Assembly (NCBI GenBank): GCA_902768985.1
Contig: CACXNA010000003.1
Coordinates: forward strand, 58,675-122,674
DNA length: 64,000 bases
Source of the DNA: an uncultured Bacteroidia bacterium
Lineage (GTDB): Bacteria > Bacteroidota > Bacteroidia > Bacteroidales > UBA932
Reading direction: 5' to 3'
In this document: positions 53,387 to 63,452 of the stretch, piece after piece
Layout: every line of letters starts with the position of its first letter
Numbering within the stretch: position 1 is the stretch's first letter
The notes under the pieces: generated by a model
Told to the model about the DNA's origin: nothing
Seen by the model: only the letters and a program-made list of their open reading frames with translations
The model's database searches: none
Program-made: the position numbers and the translations under genes

Positions 53387-53417
53387 AAAAAAAGGGACCC
53401 TTCCTGGTAGGGTCCCC
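53387..53417 (-). terminator. Orphan rho-independent terminator on the minus strand
   Basis: On the minus strand, GGGACCC-TACCAGGAA-GGGTCCC is followed by TTTTTTT. No annotated minus-strand gene lies upstream of it. Confidence 0.5.
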
Positions 53418-53481
53418 GAAAAACCAATTATTAACCGTTAGTATCCAGGATATTGTTTAAGGATAGGATTGCCTTGTCTTA
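53387..53481 (-). ncRNA. Candidate small RNA of about 95 nt (prediction only)
   Basis: A minus-strand TACCTTTG -7 box at 53488-53495 lies about 100 nt upstream of the orphan terminator. The interval is an AT-rich intergenic segment with no plausible ORF. Confidence 0.25.
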
Positions 53482-53540
53482 GTATTTCAAAGGTAGCAAG
53501 AGAGGGGGAAATTTATGTTGCCTATCGTCCCGAATAAGTG

Positions 53541-53548
53541 TATTTTTG
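53541..53548 (+). promoter_or_regulatory. -7 box TATTTTTG (distal copy) within the direct repeat GTGTATTTTTGTA
   Basis: This is the first of two identical 13-mers (53538-53550 and 53567-53579). Confidence 0.4.
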
Positions 53549-53569
53549 TATTTTGAAGCTAAAAAAGTG

Positions 53570-53577
53570 TATTTTTG
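53570..53577 (+). promoter_or_regulatory. -7 box TATTTTTG (proximal copy) for the AraC-type sensor gene
   Basis: This is the second 13-mer copy, 20 nt upstream of the ATG at 53598. Confidence 0.45.
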
Positions 53578-53597
53578 TACGAAATAAGCTCCAAAAT

Positions 53598-56432
53598 ATG
53601 CGACTATTCCGGCTAATCGGGTGCATCTTCCTGTTTTTGCTGTCTGCGGACGTTTTTGCGCAGCCGCCCCATTCTTTTACCCGCTACGGGCGGGAAAATG
53701 ACTTCAGCGGCACCACCGTGGAGGACATGGCGCAGGACAGCCACGGGCAATTGTGGCTGGCCACCTGGGGCGGACTCTATGACTTTGACGGGCGGAACTT
53801 CCGGAATTACCGGACCGACAATCCGGAGGATCGCAACAATCCCCGCAGCAACCATTTCGTCAACGTGGAAGCGCTCTCGAACGACGAGATCCTGGCGCTC
53901 TCCTATGATAATTGCCTGTACCGCCTCAACCCGGTCACCCGGGTCCTGGATCCCGTCGGGAGCAAAGGGACGGGGATCCAGGCGATCTTTCGCCCGGCGG
54001 GCGACGAGCTCTATTTCCTGACGGCGGACAACGAAGTGCTGGACGCTACTTTCTCCCGCTTCTGCCGGGTTGCCGAGGACGCCACCGTGTACGCGATTAT
54101 CAGCAACCCCGACCTGGATACCTGGATCCTGACTGACAAGGGCATCTACCGCAACCGCCTGATGACGACGGACACCCCCGCCTTCTGTGCCGAGACCACG
54201 GACGGCGCCCTGTACGTCGGCTCCGCCGGCGGAGCGCTGCTGCGCTTCCAGGAGGGCCAGCTCAGCACGCTCCCGACCCGCCTGCGCGGCAACATCACCT
54301 TTATCACCCGCGTCCCGGAACGGCGGGAGCTGCTCCTCGGATCGGACCGGCTCGGCATCGTGGCGCTCGACCTGGACAACGGCACGCAGTACACCGTCGT
54401 CCAGGAGGACTACAACGGCGAGAGCCGCACCTACGCCAGCCGGCGGGACGACAACGGCAACCTCTGGGTCTTCCCCCAGCAGGGCAGCCTCTCCTGGTAT
54501 GACAAGGACGCCCGGCGGCTCTACCCCTTCCTGGGCACGGACACCCGCCAGGGATGGAACTCGGAGACGGGCATCACCTCCTTCCTCGTCGACCGGCAGG
54601 GCAACCTCTGGCTCGGATCGAACTGGGGCGGCCTGGAGCGCATCATCTTCCACCGGGACAATTTCAACCTCCATTCCCTCGACGGCAGCGGGCAGGTGGC
54701 GCAGGAGAACAGCGTCCGCGCCCTGCTGCAGGACGAGAGCGGTCGGATCTTCGCTGCCACGCGGGACGGCCGCATGCACGTGCTGGACGCATCCCTACGC
54801 GAGCGTGCCTCCTGGCGCCTGGAGCGACCGGCCTATTCCTTCGTGCGCACGCACGACGGCAAGCTCTGGGCGGGCACCCGCGGCGCCGGTCTGCTGGAAA
54901 TGAGCCTGCAGGAGGACGAACAGATGCGCTACAACATGGTCCGCTACCCCAAGGACGACCTCTTCTACGGCCCCAACAGCAATGATATCTTCTCGCTGCT
55001 CGAGGACGCCTCCCACCGCCTCTGGATTGGCACCTTCGACGACGGCATCGCCTACGTGGACCTCGACAAAACGGAGCGGATGTTCATCAGCAAGCGCAAC
55101 CGGCTCAGCTTCCCGACCGACCGGCGCAACCGCATGCGCTGCCTGGCGCTCAGCCCGGACGGCCGGCTCTACGCCGGCGGCCAGATGGGCCTCTTCGTCT
55201 GCGACCATCCCTTCGGCGAGCCCGAGAATATGCATTTCGAGCGCTTTTCGGAGATCATCGACTACGACATCCAGTACATCCTCTTCACGAAGGACGGGAG
55301 CCTGTATGCCTGCTCCTACGGCGCCGGCCTGCTCAAGCTGGACAGCGGCGACGCCGACAGCGACTACCGCGCCTGGACCGTCAACGACGGCCTGCTCTCC
55401 AATTACGTCCTCTCCGCGATCGAAGACGACGCGGGCAATCTCTGGATCGCCACGCAGGCCGGCCTCAACCGCCTGAATCCCCAGACCGGGAGCCTCATCG
55501 GCTTCCCGTACGACCGGCTCGGCCATGCCCTGCGCTTCAACGAAGGCGCCCCCAGCCGCCTGCAGGACGGCAGACTCTGCTTCAACACCTCGGCCGGCAT
55601 CCTCTATTTCGACCCCCGGGAGATCTCGAACGACGACAACATCCCGGAGCTCCTCATCAAAGGCTTCTATGTATCCGGCGTTCTCTGCGAAGTGGACGAG
55701 GCCACGCCCATACACATCCTGCCCACAGACGGTATCCGCGTCCAGATGGCGGCCGTGGACCTGACCGCCCCGGAGCAGATCTTATATTCCTATAAATTGG
55801 AGGGGCTGGACGACGACTGGGTCCACCTGGGTCACCAAGCGTCGCTGAGCATCGATCCGCTGCTTCCGGGGCGCTATACGCTGCGCCTCCGCTCGACCAA
55901 CGGAGGCGGCCTGGAGGTGGACAACGAGCGGAACTTCACCATCATTGTGCGGCGCAATCTGCTGAAGTCCGGCTGGTTCGCCCTCTTCACCCTGCTGTTT
56001 GTCGGGCTCATCGTCTTCCTGCTCACGCGCCGCTGGCAGAAAAAGCGTCCTGCGCAGGAAGAAGGAAGCGAGAATCCGATCCTGCGCGGCCTGCACGGCG
56101 AAGACCGCCGCTTCGTGGAGGAATTCACGTCCTATCTGGACGCGCACCTGGATGACGGCAACCTGGACGTACCGCAGATGTGCGAAGGGCTGGGCGTCAG
56201 CCGCTCCGTGCTGTTCGGCCGCTGCCGCGGCCTGCTGGGAACGACACCGGCCACCTTCCTGCGCCACCAGCGGCTCGAGCGCGCGCAGGCACTCATCCGC
56301 GAAGGCGGGCGGTCGATGACCGATATCTCCTATGCCGTGGGATTCAACGATCCCCACTATTTCAGCAAGATCTTCAAGAAGGAATTCGGCATCACGCCGA
56401 GCGAATTCAAGCAGCAGACGCCCGATCAGTGA
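53598..56432 (+). CDS. Transmembrane one-component regulator: HTCS-like periplasmic beta-propeller/Y_Y_Y sensor, one TM and an AraC-type HTH (no kinase or receiver modules)
   Basis: Signal peptide [22 protein letters not shown] and repeated propeller-like segments ([34 protein letters not shown]). It has a Y_Y_Y-like region ([12 protein letters not shown]), a TM ([17 protein letters not shown]) and an AraC HTH ([23 protein letters not shown]). Confidence 0.85.
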   Translation: MRLFRLIGCIFLFLLSADVFAQPPHSFTRYGRENDFSGTTVEDMAQDSHGQLWLATWGGLYDFDGRNFRNYRTDNPEDRNNPRSNHFVNVEALSNDEILALSYDNCLYRLNPVTRVLDPVGSKGTGIQAIFRPAGDELYFLTADNEVLDATFSRFCRVAEDATVYAIISNPDLDTWILTDKGIYRNRLMTTDTPAFCAETTDGALYVGSAGGALLRFQEGQLSTLPTRLRGNITFITRVPERRELLLGSDRLGIVALDLDNGTQYTVVQEDYNGESRTYASRRDDNGNLWVFPQQGSLSWYDKDARRLYPFLGTDTRQGWNSETGITSFLVDRQGNLWLGSNWGGLERIIFHRDNFNLHSLDGSGQVAQENSVRALLQDESGRIFAATRDGRMHVLDASLRERASWRLERPAYSFVRTHDGKLWAGTRGAGLLEMSLQEDEQMRYNMVRYPKDDLFYGPNSNDIFSLLEDASHRLWIGTFDDGIAYVDLDKTERMFISKRNRLSFPTDRRNRMRCLALSPDGRLYAGGQMGLFVCDHPFGEPENMHFERFSEIIDYDIQYILFTKDGSLYACSYGAGLLKLDSGDADSDYRAWTVNDGLLSNYVLSAIEDDAGNLWIATQAGLNRLNPQTGSLIGFPYDRLGHALRFNEGAPSRLQDGRLCFNTSAGILYFDPREISNDDNIPELLIKGFYVSGVLCEVDEATPIHILPTDGIRVQMAAVDLTAPEQILYSYKLEGLDDDWVHLGHQASLSIDPLLPGRYTLRLRSTNGGGLEVDNERNFTIIVRRNLLKSGWFALFTLLFVGLIVFLLTRRWQKKRPAQEEGSENPILRGLHGEDRRFVEEFTSYLDAHLDDGNLDVPQMCEGLGVSRSVLFGRCRGLLGTTPATFLRHQRLERAQALIREGGRSMTDISYAVGFNDPHYFSKIFKKEFGITPSEFKQQTPDQ

Positions 56433-58888
56433 GCCGCGCGCAGGGTGATCACCTGCCCCGGCTCCGTCGCGATGTCGTAGAGGTGCGCCTGCGGCGCGAT
56501 GAAGCCGCGCATCGGCGCGCGCTCGCTGATCATCGGACGGGAGATCTCCTGCACCGCGAAGAGCGGGTTGGGATTGGCCCCTTCGGCTTCGCTCAGGGTG
56601 ACATCGGACGCCAGCGCGTCGTAGGAGCGCACGCGGAGATTGCCGCCGATCGTGGAGCGCAGCCGCGCCTCGACGATGTGGCCGTCCTTCCATTCCAGGT
56701 GCTCCAGCACAAAGCCGCCGCGGGCGCGGAGGCCCTCCACGAAGCCGTCCTTCAGCGCTTCCGGCAGGGCCGGCAGCAAGTGGACGGCCTCGTCGTGGCT
56801 CTGGAGGAAGAGCTCGGCGATGCCGGCCGTGCAGCCGAAGTTACCGTCAATCTGGAACGGCGGATGGGCGTCGAAGAGGTTGGGATAGGTGCCGCCCGCC
56901 ATGCTGAAGCGGCGGCCGGGCGTGACCAGCGTGAGCTGGTCCGTGATCAGCTTGAAAGCGTGATCACCGTCCAGCATGCGCGCCCAGAGGCAGACCTTCC
57001 AGCCCATCGACCAGCCCGTGGAGGGGTCGCCGCGCTGGATCAGCGTGTTGCGCACGCCCTCCGTCAGCACGGGCGTGCGGTACGGGGAGATCTGGTAGCC
57101 GGGATAAAAGCCCCAGAGGTGCGAGACGTGGCGGTGGTTGTCGGTCGGGCTGTCCCAGTCCTCAAACCACTCCTGCAACTGGCCGTACTGGCCGACCTGC
57201 ATCGGCGGCAGGCGGCGGCGCATCGTCGCGAGCGTGTCGGAGAAGGCCGCGTCGCAGCCGAGGATGCCGGCCGCGCGCTCCGTATTGGAGAAGAGGTCGG
57301 TCACGAGCTGGTTGTCCATCGTGATGCCCGCGAACATGTTGGTCTTCAAGTGCGCCGGACGGTTCTCCGGCGAGTCGGAAGGCGTCACCACGAGGTAGCC
57401 CGTGTTCGGATCTTCAACTAGGAAATCCACGAAAAACTCAGCCGCGCCCTTCATCAGCGGGTACACCTCGGCCAGGTAGGCCTGGTCCCCGCTGTACAGG
57501 TAGCGGTCCCAGAGGTGTTGGCACAGCCAGGCGGCGCCGCTGGGCCAGAGGCCGCAGTAGGCGTAGTCCAGCGCGCCCGTAATGCGCCACAGGTCAGAGT
57601 TGTGGTGCACCACCCAACCCCGGCAGCCGTACATGTTGCGGGCGGTGTTCGCGCCCGTCACAGCCAGCTCGCGTATCATCCGCAGGAGCGGCTCGTGCAG
57701 CTCCGGCAGGTTGGTCAGCTCCGCCGGCCAATAGTTCATCTCGGTATTGATATTCGTCGTGTAATTCGCGCACCAGGGCGCCATCAGGCTGGCGTTCCAG
57801 ATGCCCTGCAGGTTGGCCGCCTGCGTGCCCGGCTGCGAGCAGCTGATCAACAGGTAGCGGCCGAACTGGAAGTAGAGCGAGACCAGCTGGGCGTCGCGCG
57901 TCTGCGCGAAATCGCGGATGCGCTCGTTGATGGGGGCGTCCGGCACGCCGGAGGGCGCAAATTCCAGCTTCACGCGGCCGTACTGCTTCTGATAGGCGGC
58001 CACGTGCGCGGCCAGCGCCTGGGCGTACTTCTTCGAAGCGTTCTTCAGGCTCGCGGCGTTGCGGGCGTACGGGTCGGCGTTCACCGTCCGGTAATCCACG
58101 AAATTGGTGGCCATCGCGATGTGCAGCAGCAGCTCCGTGGCGCCTTCGACGCGCAGCGTGGAGTCCGTGGCCGCCACCTTGCCGCCCCGGGCCGTCGCCC
58201 GGAGGTCGTTGACATAGTGGATCGCGCCCGGGATGCCGCCCTTCTCAGCCCCCTGCCCTTCCAGGCGGAGCTGATTCTTCGCGGGCACGCTCACCTTCGT
58301 GTCCTTCATCGGGGTGGTGAAGCTGAGTTCGCAATTCAGCGCCTTCGGCTGTGAGACGGCCAGGCGCACGATGACCAGGTTGTCGACGAAGGAGGAGAAC
58401 ACCTCCTCGACGTACTCCACGCCGTCCACCCGGTAGCGGGTGGTCACCACCGCGCGGTCGAGGTCGAGCTCGCGGCGATAGTCCGTCACCGCGCCGCTGC
58501 GAGCGGAAAATGCGATCTTCACGGAGCCGGCGGTCTGGTAGGACATCTCCTCGCCCACGGGCGAGAGGAAATTCGCCTCCGCGAGATCCTGCGCCTCCTC
58601 GTACGCGCCCGCGAAAATCAGGTCGCGCACCTTCTGCAGGTTCTTCAGGCCGTTCGGATTCCAGTTCTCGTACGGGCCGCCCGTGGAGATGGTCTCCTCG
58701 TTGAGCTGGAGCTCCTCCGTGTCCGTGCCGCCGAACACCATGGCGCCGATGCGGCCGTTGCCGACCGGCAGCGCTTCCTCCCAGTAGGAGGCCGGCTTAT
58801 CGAACCAGAAGACGTTGGAAGAGGGTTGGGCAGATGCCGACACGGCGGCGAGCAGGCCCAGCAGCAGGGTGGTTAAAGGCTTGATCAT
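56426..58888 (-). CDS. Glycoside hydrolase family 95 (alpha-L-fucosidase-type), secreted
   Basis: 820 aa whose N-terminus after the signal peptide ([28 protein letters not shown]...[10 protein letters not shown]) is typical of GH95. It is convergent with the regulator and overlaps it by 7 nt. Confidence 0.9.
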   Translation of the reverse strand: MIKPLTTLLLGLLAAVSASAQPSSNVFWFDKPASYWEEALPVGNGRIGAMVFGGTDTEELQLNEETISTGGPYENWNPNGLKNLQKVRDLIFAGAYEEAQDLAEANFLSPVGEEMSYQTAGSVKIAFSARSGAVTDYRRELDLDRAVVTTRYRVDGVEYVEEVFSSFVDNLVIVRLAVSQPKALNCELSFTTPMKDTKVSVPAKNQLRLEGQGAEKGGIPGAIHYVNDLRATARGGKVAATDSTLRVEGATELLLHIAMATNFVDYRTVNADPYARNAASLKNASKKYAQALAAHVAAYQKQYGRVKLEFAPSGVPDAPINERIRDFAQTRDAQLVSLYFQFGRYLLISCSQPGTQAANLQGIWNASLMAPWCANYTTNINTEMNYWPAELTNLPELHEPLLRMIRELAVTGANTARNMYGCRGWVVHHNSDLWRITGALDYAYCGLWPSGAAWLCQHLWDRYLYSGDQAYLAEVYPLMKGAAEFFVDFLVEDPNTGYLVVTPSDSPENRPAHLKTNMFAGITMDNQLVTDLFSNTERAAGILGCDAAFSDTLATMRRRLPPMQVGQYGQLQEWFEDWDSPTDNHRHVSHLWGFYPGYQISPYRTPVLTEGVRNTLIQRGDPSTGWSMGWKVCLWARMLDGDHAFKLITDQLTLVTPGRRFSMAGGTYPNLFDAHPPFQIDGNFGCTAGIAELFLQSHDEAVHLLPALPEALKDGFVEGLRARGGFVLEHLEWKDGHIVEARLRSTIGGNLRVRSYDALASDVTLSEAEGANPNPLFAVQEISRPMISERAPMRGFIAPQAHLYDIATEPGQVITLRAAH

Positions 58889-58922
58889 ATTGAATTGGTT
58901 TTCCTGTTATTGCGGTTCCGCC

Positions 58923-58946
58923 ATTCGCCGACACCAATCGGCGAAT
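58923..58946 (-). promoter_or_regulatory. Hairpin in the predicted GH95 5' UTR (ATTCGCCGA / TCGGCGAAT)
   Basis: A 9-bp stem lies between the -7 box (58952-58959) and the ATG at 58888. One arm resembles the 10241-10270 hairpin. Confidence 0.4.
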
Positions 58947-58951
58947 CTCTA

Positions 58952-58959
58952 CAAATATA
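58952..58959 (-). promoter_or_regulatory. -7 box TATATTTG for GH95
   Basis: Exact TAnnTTTG on the minus strand, 63 nt upstream of the ATG. Confidence 0.45.
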
Positions 58960-58974
58960 AGAAAAAAGACGGAA

Positions 58975-59385
58975 CTACAACTGCTGCTGCTCGATCTTGA
59001 GCTGCTGGATCTTGTAGGATTTGCCCTTGGAGCTCACGAAGATGGTGACGGAGTAGTTCTCCCCGCCGGCGTTGAGCGTCCCGAGGGCATATTTCATGTT
59101 GTCGCGTCCCGCGGTATGGTTCACCTCGAAGGAACGCGGCGTGTGGCTCTCGAAGAAGCTCTTGACGATCTGGCGGGCCTGGGCCTTGCTGGCGTTGCTG
59201 CTCTGGCTGGTCACGGCGATCTCCAGATTGTCGTCGAACCAGGCGGAGAGGTTGTCGGCGTTGCCCTGCACGATGTATTTGCAGATCGGGATGAATACAT
59301 CATACCCCGCCGCGGGCTGGGCCGAGAGGCGTCCGCAGAAGAGCAGGGGCAGGAGCACTGCCGCTATGGTGAGCAGTCGTTGCAC
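58975..59385 (-). CDS. DUF4783 domain-containing secreted protein
   Basis: 136 aa with a signal peptide. The core (LSAWFDDNLEIAV...SKAQARQIVKSFF) matches what I recall for DUF4783. Confidence 0.7.
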   Translation of the reverse strand: MQRLLTIAAVLLPLLFCGRLSAQPAAGYDVFIPICKYIVQGNADNLSAWFDDNLEIAVTSQSSNASKAQARQIVKSFFESHTPRSFEVNHTAGRDNMKYALGTLNAGGENYSVTIFVSSKGKSYKIQQLKIEQQQL

Positions 59386-59419
59386 GTCCGCAAAGATTGC
59401 AAAATTCGAGCCACGTTAT

Positions 59420-59427
59420 TATATTTG
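59420..59427 (+). promoter_or_regulatory. -7 box TATATTTG for rlmH
   Basis: Exact TAnnTTTG, 7 nt before the ATG at 59435. Confidence 0.45.
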
Positions 59428-59434
59428 TACTTGT

Positions 59435-59908
59435 ATGCGAATCACTTTGCTCACGGTCGGCAAGACGGATATTGCCTGGGTTCGGGCAGGTCTGGAGATG
59501 TATGTTTCCCGGCTGGAGCACTACGTACCCTTCTCCCTGAAGGAGCTGCCGGAGCTGAAAGGCGTGTCCGCGCTGACGCGCGAACAGATCAAGCAGCGCG
59601 AAGGGGAAATGATCCTGCGCCAGGTGGCGCCCGCGGACGAAGTGGTGCTGCTCGACGAGCACGGCCGCGAGTACCGCTCACTGGAGTTCGCGGACTGGCT
59701 GGGCGGCCGTATGGCGCGGTCGGGCCGGGACCTGGTATTCGTGATCGGCGGGGCGTACGGCTTCTCCGACGCGGTGTACGCCCGCGCCGACGGCAAGCTG
59801 TCCCTCTCGAAAATGACTTATTCGCATCAGCTGGTGAGAACGATTTTTGCAGAACAACTATACCGGGCTTTCACCATTTTGCGCGGTGAGCCCTATCATC
59901 ACGAATGA
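59435..59908 (+). CDS. rlmH: 23S rRNA (pseudouridine1915-N3)-methyltransferase RlmH
   Basis: 157 aa with MRITLLTVGKT, FVIGGAYGFS and SLSKMTYSHQLVR...EQLYRAF. Confidence 0.95.
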   Translation: MRITLLTVGKTDIAWVRAGLEMYVSRLEHYVPFSLKELPELKGVSALTREQIKQREGEMILRQVAPADEVVLLDEHGREYRSLEFADWLGGRMARSGRDLVFVIGGAYGFSDAVYARADGKLSLSKMTYSHQLVRTIFAEQLYRAFTILRGEPYHHE

Positions 59909-62900
59909 CTTGGGGAAGACATAGCCGGGAATGGTTCGCCGTGGTCTCGCTTGTGGCCGGGGCGGCGCTCTTCATCGCTTCGCTGAACGACACCCGTTCG
60001 CCGGGCGACACGGGCCGCGAGGCGCGGCGCGTGGAGCGCGTGCTGGAGCGCCGTGCCGCGCAGCTGGACGCGTACGCCGCCAAGGCGCTCGCGCAGAACC
60101 CGTCCGACTGGATGCAGCTGGAGGACCTGCCGCAGGACTTCGTGGTCTACCGCTATTGCAGCGACACGCTGCAGTCCTGGTGCCATGAGTTCCCCGTCTC
60201 CAACGACAACATCAACCGGCGCGTGTATGTGCCTTTCGTCGCGAATCCGCGCATTTCGGCGGAATCGCCGTTGCTGCAGGTCACGGACTCGCTGGGATTC
60301 CATAACCTCGGGCCGTACTGGTACCTGGCCAAATGGTTCGGGGACGGCGACGTCCGGGTGCTGGCCGGCCTGGAGGTGCAGAACCGCAGCCTCCGCCTGC
60401 AGCGGGACTTCATGATCCGGCCGCTGTCCGTCAGCGGCGGCTCGGTCGTCACCGTGCAGGGACGGCCGCAGTTCAAGATCCTGCTGGAGTCGCTGACCGC
60501 CTCCGGGCGGGATGCGAGCCCGCTGCTGTGGATCTCCATCGCCGCCATTCTGCTGGCCTTCCTACTGTTCCTGTCGGCCAAGCGCACGCCGCGCCGCTTC
60601 GCCTGCGTGACGCTGGGTGTGCTGTTCCTGCTGGCGGGCCTGTATTTCTGGGGCCGTTTTTCGGGCAGCCGTGTGCTGGTGTTCTCGCCGATGCTCTATG
60701 CGGGCGGCGACGTGCTGTACTCGCTGGGCGCGGTGATCCTCATCAACCTCGCCATCCTGATGTGCGCCGCCTGCGCCTACATGGTGCGGCGCAAGCTCTG
60801 GGCCTGGATGAACACCCGCTCCCGCCGGATCGGCGTGCTGGTGACAGTGATCGTCCTGGCGATCGGCGTCATCGTGTACTCCCAGTCCGCCCTGCGCAGC
60901 ATCGCGCTCAACTCCGGCTTCTCGCTCGAAATCTATAAGCTGGGACAGCTCTCGCCGTTCTGCATCATCGTATACCTGTCCTTCATCTCGATGCTGATCA
61001 GCGTGCCGCTGCTGGTGCAGCTGGCCGCCCCGGCCCTGCGGCGCCCGGACGGCCGCACCTTCGACGCCTTCTCGCTGACCGGGCGCGTGGTGTACGCGGC
61101 GCTCGTGGCGGCCTACCTGGTCGTGACGGCCGGCGTGCTGGGCTTCCAGAAGGAACAGGACCGGCTGGGCCTGATGGCGAACCGCCTTTCCTTCGACCGG
61201 GACATCGCGCTGGAGCTCCGCCTGCGGCGGGTGGAGGCGCAGATCGCCGACGACATGATCCTGTCCGCACTCTCGCATTTCGAGGGCACGGAACAGTCCA
61301 TCCAGAGCCGTATTTCCGACTACTACCTTTCCGGCATCGACCGGGACTACCTGGTCTCGACGCGGGTGTTCAATGAATATAACAACACGCGCGAGGCGGC
61401 CGCCGAGTTCAGCTCGATGCTGCGGGACGGCGTGGCCATCGCTGAAAACTCCCGCTTCCTGTACGCGCGCCACGAGAACGGCCGCCCGTACTACGTGGGC
61501 GTGTTCTTCTACATGGCGGAGGACGGGACCATGTCGCGCGTGCTGGTGCGCCTCGAGCAGCGCGAAAGCCGCGGCGGCCGCGGCTACGCGGGCATCTTCG
61601 GCTTCTCGACGCCCGGCCAGGTCACCCTCCCGTCCGGCTATTCCTACGCCCGCTATTCCGGACGCGACATCAAGGCCTACAAGGGCAATTACCCTTATCC
61701 GACGCGCGTGGACGACGACCTCTACGTCCTGCTGTACGCGTCCGAGAGCGGACACCTCCAGACCGAGGGCTACACGCACTTCATGTACGTGGTCGGCGAA
61801 GGGGAAGCCGTTGTGATTTCACGCGCCAGCGTGGGGGTCCTGTCCTACATCATGGCGGGCGTGCTCGTGGGCCTGATCGCCTTCCTGGCGCTCTCCGTGG
61901 CCCTGCTGCGCCGGCCCAAGCCGAAGGTGTTCCGGCAGTCCTACTTCAAGTCGCGGATCTCCGGCGTGCTGCTCACCTCGCTGCTCCTCACCCTGCTGGT
62001 GATGGCGCTCGTGAGTGTGCTCTTCGTGTACTCGCGCAACAACAGCAACCGCCAGACGGTCATGTCCGACAAGATCGGCTCCATCGTCGCGATGATGGAT
62101 GCAGGCCTGCAGGATGCGGAAAACGTGAGCGCGATCAACTGGCAGTCGCTGCGCGTGCTGATGGAGCGCGTGGGCAAGGAGACCGGCTCGGACATCACGC
62201 TCTACACGCCTTCCGGCGTGCTGATGATGACCACCACCCCGATGGTCTTCGAGCAGCTGATGGTCACGGAGCGCATGAACGGAACGGCCTACTACAACAT
62301 CATGTACCGCAACCGTCGCCACTACATCCAGGAGGAGCGGCTCGGCAGGCAGAAGTTCTACAGCATGTACGCTCCGCTCTTCGCCTCGGACGGTTCGATG
62401 GTGGCCATCCTCTGCTCTCCGTACAATGAAGATACCTACGACTTCGAGGAAGACGCCGTGATGCACTCGGTGACGATCCTCTCGCTCTTCCTGCTCTTCC
62501 TGCTGATGGCGCTCTTCATGGTGGCGCGTATCGTGGACCGCATGTTCAAGCCGCTGAGCGAAATGAGCTCCAAGATGGCCAGCGCCGACCTGAACAGCCT
62601 CGAATACATCGACTACGACCGGGACGACGAGATCTCTTCCATCGTCCAGGCCTACAACCGCATGGTCTCCGAGCTGTCCGAGAGCTCGCGCAAGCTGGCG
62701 CAGGCCGAGCGCGACAAGGCCTGGAGCGGCATGGCGCGCCAGGTGGCGCACGAGATCAAGAACCCGCTGACCCCGATGAAGCTGCAGCTCCAGCGGGTGA
62801 TCCGCCTCAAGGAAAAGGGCGACCCGGCCTGGCAGACGCGCTTCGAGGAGGCGAGCCAGGTAATCCTCGACCATATTGATATCCTGACCGACACGGCCAA

Positions 62901-63381
62901 CGAATTCTCCACCTTCGCGAAGCTCTATACCGAGGAGCCGACGACCATTGTTCTGGACAAGCTGCTCCGGGAAGAGATCTCGATGTTCGACAACAAGGAG
63001 AACATCAGCTTCGACTACTTGGGCCTTTCCGACGTGCAGATCCGCGGCCCGAAGCCGCAGCTCACGCGCGTGTTCGTGAACCTGCTCGGCAACGCCGTGC
63101 AGGCCATCGGCGACGCGCCGGACGGCCGCATCGTGGTGTCGCTGCGCAAGAGCAGCACGGACGGCTTCTGGGACGTCGTCGTGGAGGACAACGGCCCCGG
63201 CGTCTCCGACGAGAATATCGAGAAGCTCTTCACGCCGAACTTCACCACCAAGAACGGCGGTTCCGGCCTCGGTCTCGCCATCAGCCGGAGCATCCTGGAG
63301 CGCTGCGGCGCCACGATCTCCTACTCCAGGTCCTTCACGCTCGGCGGCGCCTGCTTCACGGTCCGCTATCCGAAGGACTAG
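59905..63381 (+). CDS. Large multi-TM sensor histidine kinase (NtrY-like HisKA/HATPase core)
   Basis: 1158 aa with many N-terminal and central TM segments. It has the H-box ARQVAHEIKNPLTPM, the N-box NLLGNAVQA and the G-box GGSGLGLAI. The ATGA start overlaps the rlmH stop, and no response regulator is adjacent. Confidence 0.85.
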   Translation: MTWGRHSREWFAVVSLVAGAALFIASLNDTRSPGDTGREARRVERVLERRAAQLDAYAAKALAQNPSDWMQLEDLPQDFVVYRYCSDTLQSWCHEFPVSNDNINRRVYVPFVANPRISAESPLLQVTDSLGFHNLGPYWYLAKWFGDGDVRVLAGLEVQNRSLRLQRDFMIRPLSVSGGSVVTVQGRPQFKILLESLTASGRDASPLLWISIAAILLAFLLFLSAKRTPRRFACVTLGVLFLLAGLYFWGRFSGSRVLVFSPMLYAGGDVLYSLGAVILINLAILMCAACAYMVRRKLWAWMNTRSRRIGVLVTVIVLAIGVIVYSQSALRSIALNSGFSLEIYKLGQLSPFCIIVYLSFISMLISVPLLVQLAAPALRRPDGRTFDAFSLTGRVVYAALVAAYLVVTAGVLGFQKEQDRLGLMANRLSFDRDIALELRLRRVEAQIADDMILSALSHFEGTEQSIQSRISDYYLSGIDRDYLVSTRVFNEYNNTREAAAEFSSMLRDGVAIAENSRFLYARHENGRPYYVGVFFYMAEDGTMSRVLVRLEQRESRGGRGYAGIFGFSTPGQVTLPSGYSYARYSGRDIKAYKGNYPYPTRVDDDLYVLLYASESGHLQTEGYTHFMYVVGEGEAVVISRASVGVLSYIMAGVLVGLIAFLALSVALLRRPKPKVFRQSYFKSRISGVLLTSLLLTLLVMALVSVLFVYSRNNSNRQTVMSDKIGSIVAMMDAGLQDAENVSAINWQSLRVLMERVGKETGSDITLYTPSGVLMMTTTPMVFEQLMVTERMNGTAYYNIMYRNRRHYIQEERLGRQKFYSMYAPLFASDGSMVAILCSPYNEDTYDFEEDAVMHSVTILSLFLLFLLMALFMVARIVDRMFKPLSEMSSKMASADLNSLEYIDYDRDDEISSIVQAYNRMVSELSESSRKLAQAERDKAWSGMARQVAHEIKNPLTPMKLQLQRVIRLKEKGDPAWQTRFEEASQVILDHIDILTDTANEFSTFAKLYTEEPTTIVLDKLLREEISMFDNKENISFDYLGLSDVQIRGPKPQLTRVFVNLLGNAVQAIGDAPDGRIVVSLRKSSTDGFWDVVVEDNGPGVSDENIEKLFTPNFTTKNGGSGLGLAISRSILERCGATISYSRSFTLGGACFTVRYPKD

Positions 63382-63392
63382 GCCTTCCTATT

Positions 63393-63432
63393 AGAAAAAG
63401 AATGGCCCGGCTGCGTGTGCAGCCAGGCCATT
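63393..63432 (-). terminator. Rho-independent terminator of efp (shared convergent hairpin)
   Basis: AATGGCCCGGCTGC-GTGT-GCAGCCAGGCCATT carries a T-tract on the minus strand (CTTTTTCT). Confidence 0.6.
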
Positions 63433-63452
63433 AATCTGTATGGATCGTTCGC

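Noticed and set aside
53515-53556. 13-codon ORF (MLPIVPNKCIFVF) upstream of the AraC-type sensor gene.
   Set aside because: It is too short and overlaps the duplicated promoter 13-mer, with no supporting signal. It is probably fortuitous.
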